A DNA stretch of 64,000 nucleotides from an uncultured virus (IMG/VR IMGVR_UViG_3300028746_000001). Taxonomy: Duplodnaviria > Heunggongvirae > Uroviricota > Caudoviricetes. Shown piece after piece: positions 39,630 to 47,660 of this stretch (positions are counted from its first letter, which is position 1; the number at the start of each line of letters is the position of its first letter). Location of the stretch: the IMG/VR virus record IMGVR_UViG_3300028746_000001, one strand, 5' to 3'. A program made the translations under genes and the position numbers. The notes under the pieces are model-generated. The model was not told the DNA's origin, did no database searches, and was given only the letters and a program-made list of their open reading frames with translations.

Positions 39630-40208
39630 ATGACCGTGCCGAAAAACGAAGACAAGAGCCTGACGTACGTGACGCTTGATGGCATCCCGGGGAAGTATTT
39701 CACATGCCCAAGCTACGGGCTGATGAGCGTTGGATCGTGCGCGCGCAACTTCACCGATGCGCCGGGCGCCGTGCGCAGTGGCCGCCTGCAGAAGTGCATC
39801 GGCTGCGAGCACGGCCGTGCCCATGCGGGCGTTCCAAAGATTGAGGAAGCGCCGAAGGCTCTGCAATCTCTGCAGTATCGCCCGGTCTGCTGCCGCTGCC
39901 GGCGCGATGGCACGACGCAGGGAACGCGCCTGATCGGAAAGCTTCGCCTGGTGCGCGCTCACTCTATTTGCGTATCGTGCTTTAACCGCGAGAAGGAAGT
40001 GATCGCCGGTCGTAACTCGAAGGGCGCGAAGCCGAAAAAGTGGGGCGGTCTCTTCTACACGCGTGCCGCGTACGTCGCCGACGGGAAGGCTATCGTGGTT
40101 GACATGACCGATCCGGTTATCGACCGCATCGAGGTTGCTCTGACGATGATTCGCCGCGGCCATAAGTCGGTCGTGTGGGCACGTCCTTCCGTTTCGCGCG
40201 GGGAATGA
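39630..40208 (+). CDS. Cys-rich zinc-binding protein
   Basis: Several CxxC pairs. Confidence 0.65.
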   Translation: MTVPKNEDKSLTYVTLDGIPGKYFTCPSYGLMSVGSCARNFTDAPGAVRSGRLQKCIGCEHGRAHAGVPKIEEAPKALQSLQYRPVCCRCRRDGTTQGTRLIGKLRLVRAHSICVSCFNREKEVIAGRNSKGAKPKKWGGLFYTRAAYVADGKAIVVDMTDPVIDRIEVALTMIRRGHKSVVWARPSVSRGE

Positions 40209-40209
40209 C

Positions 40210-40587
40210 ATGAACCAAATGGACCTGTTCGGCGAAGAGTCTGGCGTGCCGCTCAATGAGGCAATTAAGCGCCGTCGCAGCGCGCCCGGCTGGCAGCTTG
40301 CGCCGCACGCCTGCCGTCATTGCTTCGGTCGCGTGCTGTCGCGCTCGGTAAGCGGTGTAGTGATCGAGGTTCGCTGCGCAGAGTGCGGTGAGCACTCCCA
40401 AGGGCCTGCCGACGAGATTTGCGCGTGCGGTGCGGACTGCGGCGATATCGGCTTCGTCCTGAAGTGCGTTCGCAATCCTAATGTGACGAAGGAGAACCCG
40501 CACGAGGTCCTGATTCGCGAAGTGCCGCGCCCGGTCGATGAGCGCGAGCGCGCGGTGCAGAAGATGGTCCGGCTTGGCGACTTTTAG
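40210..40587 (+). CDS. Cys-rich zinc-binding protein
   Basis: CRHC, CAEC and CACG motifs. Confidence 0.65.
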   Translation: MNQMDLFGEESGVPLNEAIKRRRSAPGWQLAPHACRHCFGRVLSRSVSGVVIEVRCAECGEHSQGPADEICACGADCGDIGFVLKCVRNPNVTKENPHEVLIREVPRPVDERERAVQKMVRLGDF

Positions 40588-40666
40588 TTCGGCCATAAAT
40601 CTGCTTTACAAGAAGACATACGCGCAGTAGATTCTGCGCAAGAACAACTTTTCAACGAGGAAAAGC

Positions 40667-41404
40667 ATGAGCGAAATTGTTCCGTTTAGTTTCGATGGCG
40701 CAGAAGTGCGCTCGGTAGTGGTAGACGGCGAGCCGCACTTTTTTGCGCGCGACGTTGCACTGACGCTTGGCTATGCGAATCCGCTGGAGGCTGTGAGGAC
40801 GCACTGCAGGGGAGTGAGGGAATTCCTCACCCCTACGGCTGGCGGCAATCAGAACGTCCGCGTCATCCCCGAGCGCGACGTGTACCGCTTGGTAATGCGC
40901 TCGAAGCTCCCGGCTGCCGAGCGTTTTGAAGAGTGGGTTGTCGGCACGGTGCTGCCGTCGATTCGCAAGACGGGCTCATATAGCGTCGCGGCTCCCGCGA
41001 TTCCGAGAACTTACGCCGAGGCGCTCCGTCTCGCTGCCGACCAAGCCGAGGAGATCATCCAGAAGGCCGCGCAACTCGAAGCGCAGAAGCCTGCCGTCGA
41101 GTTCGTTGAGCGCTACGTCTCCGCCGAGGGTAACAAGGGTGTGCGTCAGGTCGCGCAGTTGCTCAACGTGCCGAACGAGCGCGAGTTCATTCAATGGCTC
41201 ATCGACTCAGGCTTCATGTACCGGCTCGAAGGCGTGCTTACGCCGATGGCAAGCCAACGCCACACGGGCCGCTTCGTCATCAAGGCTGGAGTGAGCCGTA
41301 CGAGCGAGCACGCATACAACACGGCCAAGTTCACGCCGAAGGGCGTCGAGTGGATCGCCGGGGAGTGGGCGAAGCACCAGGTCCGCCATCCGGAGTTTGC
41401 ATAA
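40667..41404 (+). CDS. Bro-N / KilAC antirepressor
   Basis: DGEP.F.ARDVA..LGY.N...YRL.MRS.LP.AERFEEWV...VLPSIRKTG; P.VEF...FTPKG..W. Confidence 0.9.
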   Translation: MSEIVPFSFDGAEVRSVVVDGEPHFFARDVALTLGYANPLEAVRTHCRGVREFLTPTAGGNQNVRVIPERDVYRLVMRSKLPAAERFEEWVVGTVLPSIRKTGSYSVAAPAIPRTYAEALRLAADQAEEIIQKAAQLEAQKPAVEFVERYVSAEGNKGVRQVAQLLNVPNEREFIQWLIDSGFMYRLEGVLTPMASQRHTGRFVIKAGVSRTSEHAYNTAKFTPKGVEWIAGEWAKHQVRHPEFA

Positions 41405-41484
41405 TCCCGCCACTTTCCCTTTTCGAGTCGTGATTTCAACCTGAAGCCTACGGTTGAAACACGATAGGAAAGGGAGAGAGCGCC

Positions 41485-41775
41485 ATGCGCGCAACTGAGT
41501 TTGTAGATGAAGTGGCCCGCAATACGCGGTTGACGACTCCCCAAGTCGAAGAGTGCTTGAGAGCCGTCCGCGATCTGTGCGAGCGCGAGGTCCGCGCCCA
41601 CGGCAAGGTCCGCATCCCCAAGCTTGTCGATATCAAAATCACGCAGGTCTCCGAGCGCATCGTGCGCAATCCGAAGACTGGCGCTGAGTGGCTCGAAGGT
41701 CCGAGCACGCGCCTCTATGCAAAGCCATCCCCGATCTTTACTCGCCGCGTCAAAGGTGAGAAGCAAAGCATCTAA
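41485..41775 (+). CDS. HU/IHF-family DNA-binding protein
   Basis: ERIVRNPKTG arm; 96 aa, basic. Confidence 0.8.
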   Translation: MRATEFVDEVARNTRLTTPQVEECLRAVRDLCEREVRAHGKVRIPKLVDIKITQVSERIVRNPKTGAEWLEGPSTRLYAKPSPIFTRRVKGEKQSI

Positions 41776-41979
41776 GGCGGACGTTGCTTGGCGCGCTTGG
41801 GGATGTGTTCGCGCCGCTCCAGAATAAACCTCCCCAGCTAATGGTGTTCGTGTCGCGGGTTGGTCATTGGCTCCCGGCATTCCTCCATGCAGTGCATCGC
41901 ATGAGAACAGGCTTTGGCGGACGGCGGGTAAATAGCCGCACCTAACTTTTCCTTTGCGTACCAGTCTTTTTCTTTAAAA

Positions 41980-42014
41980 AGTGCTTGCGCAGCAGATTAC
42001 GCGTTTGATATAGT
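41980..42014 (+). promoter_or_regulatory. Promoter of the RNA island, overlapped by an operator
   Basis: TTGCGC-N18-TATAGT; AGTGC-N7-GCAGA at 41980-41996. Confidence 0.55.
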
Positions 42015-42225
42015 TCTCCCAACGCAGAACGCAGCAGAATTTTTCTTCCGGTCCTTGCGTGTGGATGTGCCTCTCCGGGTTGCTACCACATGCGGGATGA
42101 ATGCCAGGAGTATCCGGATAGGACTGGCCTCCAAAGGGCGACGGTGAATTAGCGTTGAACGACGTACAACGAGCACGCCCCATAGCTCCGTCCGCGTTGA
42201 CCGGCGATACGGTCACAAGTTTCTA

Positions 42226-42317
42226 TGCGGGGTCTTCTAGTGGCTCAGGAAACGGCTAGGCAGCCCGGATTTATCCGGTCCCCGGCTGAGACGCAGGTTC
42301 GAATCCTGTCCCCGCAC
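42226..42317 (+). ncRNA. tRNA-like RNA with extended anticodon arm
   Basis: Acceptor TGCGGGG/CCCCGCA; D arm TTCT-AGTGGCTC-AGGA; T arm GCAGG-TTCGAAT-CCTGT; no 7-nt anticodon loop. Confidence 0.7.
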
Positions 42318-42320
42318 AAA

Positions 42321-42985
42321 GTTCCGTCGATGGGCTGACAACCTACTGTCTTAAAAACGGCGTTGCTGCTCTGAGCCATCTAGGAGCAGTCGGGGGCCTA
42401 ACCCGTAAAGATGGGCTTAACGTCAGAGCCGAGGATTTAGGCTAAACGGTAGCGCGGTCCAAGAGGGTTGTAGCTTGGAAGACTGCACTTCTCGTTGGGC
42501 GTGACTTGCTGGTAGAGAGAATCAGCCTTCTGTGAAACATTGCCGATCGTGTTCGCGGACAGTAATTGATAGGCGGTTGTCGGAGCAACCTATTGAATCC
42601 CGACTGGGGGCCGTAAGCTCCCAAAGAATTGCACGGAAGTGCTCAGGATGGTCTGGGGAGTCCGACGAGGGCCGCGTCTCGGTAAAAACGCGGGAACGAT
42701 TATTCCCGGGCTGATTTGGGCAGGGTGGCGGGGGTGCAAACCTCGTCGCGCAGGGTTCGATGTCCCTGACTGGGAGCCAGAATGCGTAAGCCGCTGGTAT
42801 GAGAAGGCGAGGTAGGACGACGGGTGGCCTTGAAAACCACTGGCGAGTCTGAGAAGCCGAAGCACAGAGAGGGTGGAGCATTGTCATCCGAGACTATAAG
42901 CGGCGTCCGACCCACGACACGGGTCAACAAATTGCAGCAGTAAAGAGGTCGCTTGATGATGACTAAGCCCCACTCGACCGGGAAC
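42321..42985 (+). ncRNA. Candidate large structured ncRNA (~665 nt)
   Basis: 5' and 3' ends pair (16 bp with bulges); dense hairpins, GNRA loops and long-range loop complementarities; no credible ORF. Confidence 0.7.
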
Positions 42986-43026
42986 ACGTACATCCGTCTT
43001 GCCCGACGTTAAAGGGCCTCGAATTT

Positions 43027-43111
43027 GTGCAGGTGGGTGAGTGGTTAAAACCAGTGGATTGTAAATCCGCCGTCTCTGACTTCGTAGGTTCGAATCCTAC
43101 CTTGCGCACCA
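43027..43111 (+). tRNA. tRNA-Tyr(GTA)
   Basis: GTGCAGG/CTTGCGC acceptor; GTGGA-TTGTAAA-TCCGC anticodon arm; long variable arm; GGTTCGAATCC; ACCA end. Confidence 0.92.
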
Positions 43112-43561
43112 AGAATAATGCTTCCCGCTCAGATTGTACCGAGTGCATGCCTTCCGGTCGGGACACAGGAAAGGCCCCCAAGCGCCGGGGTATTAAAGCA
43201 GCGTGGTAGCTGCTAGTAGCGCCTTGAAAAGCCGCGAGTGGCTCGCGAATGAGCCGCCCGCAAAGCGCATTCTCTGAGTGCTCTTTGCGGGTCTGGATGA
43301 CTACCCTTCAAGACTGACCTTATAAATGTCCATGAAGGGCGCATTTGATCCCGCGTTATTACGGATTCGCGTGGCCTGCGTTATCGGGCCGCCCACGAAG
43401 CGCATTTTATGAGTGTTCTTCGTGGGCAATATGCCGGATGTCCGTAACCACGAAGCCCATAAATCGGAGCCTTACGGAACCCGTAGCAGGCGGGGAGACC
43501 AGTGAGAGTCTGGAGCAACGAAAAACGCAGCGTGGTCCCGGCTATACGGTTCACAAGTTTT

Positions 43562-43637
43562 CGCCGGGTAGCTCAGGTGGTAGAGCGGCAGCTTGAAAAG
43601 CTGTGCGTCGGAGGTTCGAATCCTTCCCTTGCGGCCA
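43562..43637 (+). tRNA. tRNA with GAA anticodon (Phe), atypical acceptor stem
   Basis: TAGCTCAG.TGGTAGAGC; GCAGC-TTGAAAA-GCTGT; GGTTCGAATCC; GCCA end. Confidence 0.85.
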
Positions 43638-43872
43638 GAATTCCGGGGCACGCTGATAGACCGGTGGGGGAATCAAAGCCCAGCATGTCTATTCGTTCTT
43701 GTGAGTTATGACGAGACATAAACTCTACGGCGTTCGTGCCGTATCTCGCGAACCGGCTGGCTTCGTCAAACGCCCTGCGGCGCAACGCAGTTGGAATGAT
43801 TGGGTGGTGCGAAGTCCTGGTCCTTCCGCCAGAATTTAGAACCCGTAGTGTAAGGCGACTTCGCAGCCGCCA

Positions 43873-43967
43873 GTGGTAACGCCGTGAGGCGCACCTGACT
43901 TGCTGGTGGAAAGTAACCAGCACCTTCAAGCGTGCCCAGTTGTGTCGGTTCGACTCCGGCAGGCCAC
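43873..43967 (+). ncRNA. tRNA-like RNA with extended central arm
   Basis: GTGGT/GCCAC closing stem; CGCC-GTGA-GGCG; TGCTGGT/ACCAGCA arm; T arm GTCGG-TTCGACT-CCGGC. Confidence 0.5.
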
Positions 43968-44138
43968 GACCTAAAAGCCAAGCAAGGGATCAGCGGGCAC
44001 ACTTGAGGGGATCTAGCCTTTGCGTTACCCCATACGCCTTTGGATGCTAGATGCCAAAGAGACGCCATAGTATTAGGCCGCTCTCGCATGCTGCGTACGC
44101 ATGCAAACCTTTCTAATGACTCTCTAGGATTCCTAAGC

Positions 44139-44474
44139 ATGGATACGATTCAACAAGCCGCTGGCGCGGTCGAAGGCGATGTCGCTGCAGTTCAAACTGC
44201 TGACGCAACGAGCGGCGCTGTAGCGGCCGCAGTGGTCGGCGCGACGGAAGTTGGTGGTGTTGCCGCCCAAGTGATCGACGCAGCCGCTCAAGGCGCTACG
44301 GAAGCCGCTGACGCTGCACCGGGCATCGAGGCTGAAGCTAAAAACATGACCGACAGTGTTTATTCGAGGGCGGATACGCTGTTCAGCAAGGTCAAAGAAG
44401 AGATCGAAGGTCTTGTTGGACTCGCGGGCAGCGACTGGCATCTGCTGAAGGAAGCCATCGTCAAACACCTGTAA
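44139..44474 (+). CDS. Ala-rich hypothetical protein
   Basis: MDTIQQAA... after AGGA. Confidence 0.6.
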   Translation: MDTIQQAAGAVEGDVAAVQTADATSGAVAAAVVGATEVGGVAAQVIDAAAQGATEAADAAPGIEAEAKNMTDSVYSRADTLFSKVKEEIEGLVGLAGSDWHLLKEAIVKHL

Positions 44475-44554
44475 GTCGATGTAGGACCGCTGTATCGCAC
44501 CAAGCAGTAAGGCGCCCGGAGATCCCGGGCGTCTCCATTTCTACGCGAGGAAAC

Positions 44555-44995
44555 ATGGAACTGAAGATCAAAAAGCTGGACCCGCGCGCGGTCGTTCCGG
44601 AATATGCCACGGCCGGCGCAGCGTGTTTCGATCTGGTGGCGCTTCCCGGTGAGCCGTTTGAGTTGCATCCCGGGGATAAGCATGCATGCATTTTTCGCAC
44701 AGGGCTCGCGTTCGAAGTGCCGCCCGGCTGGGTGATGTCGATCTACAGCCGCAGCGGCCACGGATTCGCGAAAGCGATACGTCTCTCGAACTGCGTAGGG
44801 CAGATTGATTCGGACTACCGTGGTGAGGTCAAGGTTGCGCTGCGTTGCGATGGCGACGTGCGCGGGCATATCAATGGCGGTGATCGGATCGCGCAGGCTC
44901 GGCTTGAGCGTGCCGACCAGGTGCAGTTCGTGGTTGTAGAGGAGTTGACGGACACAGCGCGCGGCTCTGGTGGTTTCGGGAGCACTGGATCGTAG
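44555..44995 (+). CDS. dut: dUTPase (trimeric)
   Basis: AACFDL, RSG, GQIDSDYRGE, GDRIAQ and RGSGGFGSTG motifs. Confidence 0.96.
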   Translation: MELKIKKLDPRAVVPEYATAGAACFDLVALPGEPFELHPGDKHACIFRTGLAFEVPPGWVMSIYSRSGHGFAKAIRLSNCVGQIDSDYRGEVKVALRCDGDVRGHINGGDRIAQARLERADQVQFVVVEELTDTARGSGGFGSTGS

Positions 44996-45006
44996 CCTGC
45001 AGAAAC

Positions 45007-45034
45007 AACAAAGCCCGGTTTCCCGGGCTTTGTT
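45007..45034. terminator. Bidirectional terminator
   Basis: ACAAAGCCCGG-TTTC-CCGGGCTTTGT between convergent genes. Confidence 0.75.
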
Positions 45035-46169
45035 CATGGCTTCGGTCGCCGGCGGTGCTTTGCGTGACGAACCTCGATGCCTGCCGCGCGCCGCTCGGCG
45101 CATATCTCTGCGTAGAGCGGTGAGACGTAGATTGCAACATGCGTGAGCTTGCAGAATTTCGCCGCGGCGGGGACCTTCTCCCCGGCCCGAATCATTGCGA
45201 TCGCCGACAGCATGCGTTCGCTGGTTTTGTTCATGCGCGCTTGGCTTCGATCATGGCCACGAGCGCCACGTCATAGCAGAGATAGTCGCCCCAGTGAAAG
45301 TTGGCGCTGATGGCGTGCAATTCGGGACTGTCGTCCCACTCTTGAATCACGGCGTGCAGAACCGGGAAACTGTCCGGGTCCGAGTGGCGTGCCTTCACTT
45401 CACGCCAGTACGCATTGAATTCATCGCGCACCTTCACGGCTTCGAGGAACGAGGGCGCGGCCACGATATCGTCGGGCCCTTCGATGTTGAGCATCCACAG
45501 CTTCGTGAGTTGCGCTTCACGCGAGTAGCGAACGCCAGGCACCGAATCGAAGTTGCCCATGGAGAGCGGTTTGCGGGCCTGATGGCCGATCGTGAGGATG
45601 ATGCCGTCCTCTTGTGCGCAGCGGATAAGCTGCAGCAGCTTGACGTGGTATGCGTATTCCTTGCCGATGAAAACTTTGCTCACAACGCGACTCCGTATTG
45701 AGTTTCTTCTATGTCGCCTACCGATACGGTGACGACGGGGTGAATGCGGCCAGCGATCCACAGCTTGAGCGTGGCGCCGTTCTTCAGTGCTTCCAGTTCC
45801 TCTTCCGTCGGCTCCCACGCGGAGACCATGAACGGGCCGTTTTGGGTCATTACGTCGCGGATTGGCAGGGCGTTGCATTCGCCATAGCTGCCATCCCAGC
45901 CCACTGGAGCGCCGAGCGCCCGCGTCTCGCCTTCAATTCGTTTGATTTGCATACTTCTCCCGCTCCTCTTTGGTCCAGTGGTGGTCCGCGAAGTGCCGTG
46001 CGGCCTCGCTGATCGGAACCCACTCGTAGCATTGCCGCCCGTTACTGAAGACAAAGCAGCCTTGCGAGCGCTGAAACACGCGGATCTGCTCGCCGTGTTT
46101 CTTCGTCACCCTGCGGTCGCCTTGCTTCGGCTGCTTCCGCGCCGGGCCATACGAAATATGGATGCGCAT
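45034..46169 (-). CDS. Run of four small hypothetical genes (45034-45234 HTH-like; 45231-~45683; 45680-45952; 45933-46169)
   Basis: Overlapping stop/start junctions on the minus strand; individual starts approximate. Confidence 0.5.
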
Positions 46170-46585
46170 TACAGGTCCTGGTTGTAGCGCACGTAGCCCT
46201 GCGCCGCGACCTTGTCGTAGAACGGGCGGATCGGATTGTTGTTCTCGGTCACCCAGTAGACGCGGCCCCAGCCGTGTGCCTTGCCGAGACTCGTCAGGTA
46301 GCCGAGCAACATGCCGGCGATGCCGCGACCGCGAAATTCAGGGCGCACATAGAGCGAATCCATGTAGCAGATCGGCTTTGTCGCGAAGGGAAAATCGTGG
46401 AACGTGTACTGCATGAATGCGACCGGCTGGCCGTCTTCAATCGCCACTACGCAAAAGTCACGCGGGTTCGGGGCATTGAAGCGAGCCCATGCGCGCGGGC
46501 ATACGTTCGCGAGCGCGGGTATGTAGTCGGCAACCATTTGCTGCCAGCCGTCGTAATCGGCTTGTGTTGCGTAGCGAATCTGCAT
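46169..46585 (-). CDS. GNAT acetyltransferase
   Basis: LYVRPEFRGRGIA...N...FY. Confidence 0.9.
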   Translation of the reverse strand: MQIRYATQADYDGWQQMVADYIPALANVCPRAWARFNAPNPRDFCVVAIEDGQPVAFMQYTFHDFPFATKPICYMDSLYVRPEFRGRGIAGMLLGYLTSLGKAHGWGRVYWVTENNNPIRPFYDKVAAQGYVRYNQDL

Positions 46586-47660
46586 TTAGTGGCCCAATCC
46601 ATTTCCGTTGAGAAGGATGTCGTCAACTGAGCCGCGCGATTGAAGTCCGAGGGTCTCGCTATGGCCTACGCACTTGCCATTAACGACGAAGCCCGCGGCG
46701 ATCGCGTGAGCATCCCAATTGCGTTTCCAGTTCTGAGGCGTGCCGCGACGCACGGACTGAATTCCTTCCATCATTCCGTCATGGTTAAGTGAACGAGGGA
46801 AGACGAAAATCGCTTCCTGTTCTTCGCCCTTTTCGTCGGGCATCGTGACCACGATGTATTTCATTGTTCGGCTCCCACGTCGGCGAACGGGTAAGCGGAA
46901 CCCGTGCGCATCTTGTGTGAGTCCACAAGCGCCCGGATGCGCGGGTATGCTTCAGAGGTTATGTCGCAGCCCGCCGCCAGGTTCAGAAGCGATCCAATGC
47001 GTTGCAGGGCCATGTTCGCGCCGGATGCTGCATTGACCATGCCGAGCAAGCGCTGCGGATGGATGATTACCGGGCACGTAAGGCTTTCAAGATAGTCCTC
47101 GCCATCGCCTTGATAGGTCCAGAAGTTACCGTCCATCGCCATTTGGCCCATGCGGCTCATGAACTCAGTGCGGTTCTTCTGCTGCGGCAGCTTGGGCGCT
47201 TGGCCGAGCGGGGGACGCCATAGTTCTGCGCCCTCCAGGTACGTATAGCCCTTCGCCTCCAGCGTGCGGATCGCGGCGATCGCGGCCGGGATGCTGTTCG
47301 GTTTCTTTTCGGCTGTGATGCTCATTTGATTACCTCGTATCCATCGGGAATTTGTTTAAACTTCTGGCGCACTTCGATCACTTCGAACTCGGCGCTCGGC
47401 GTGTGATACCAAGCGCCAATGTGGTTACCCTCACGAGCCGCCTTGAACTGCTCAATCGCCTCTTCGCGCGTTGCAAAAACGATCACGCTGCTGGGTGGCG
47501 AATCGCGGGTAACCTTCGGCGTATAGAAGTCGGAAAACGGCTGGCCCCACCAATAACCCTCGCTCTCGGTGAGCCACGCGGGCGTGCCCTTCTTCGTCAT
47601 GACGCTCTTGTCATGGGCGATGGCCTCTTCGCACTTGTATAGGATCGCAAACTGAGTCAT
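46586..47660 (-). CDS. Three hypothetical genes (46586-46864, 46861-47325, 47322-47660)
   Basis: Translationally coupled ORFs. Confidence 0.6.

Noticed and set aside
42824..42840. tRNA-Ser(TGA) from the arm GTGGC-CTTGAAA-ACCAC
   Set aside because: No T arm or acceptor stem at the right spacing; treated as part of the large RNA
42883..42963. Group I intron (GAGACTATA resembles the R element)
   Set aside because: No matching S element (AAGATATAGTC) downstream and no interrupted host gene evident; cmscan should confirm
43890..43966. Canonical tRNA-Sec
   Set aside because: TCA loop and T arm are present, but there is no 8-bp acceptor stem or long variable arm
41974..44140. Short ORFs called across the RNA island
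   Set aside because: They overlap tRNAs and paired stems, lack RBSs and have no protein-like motifs
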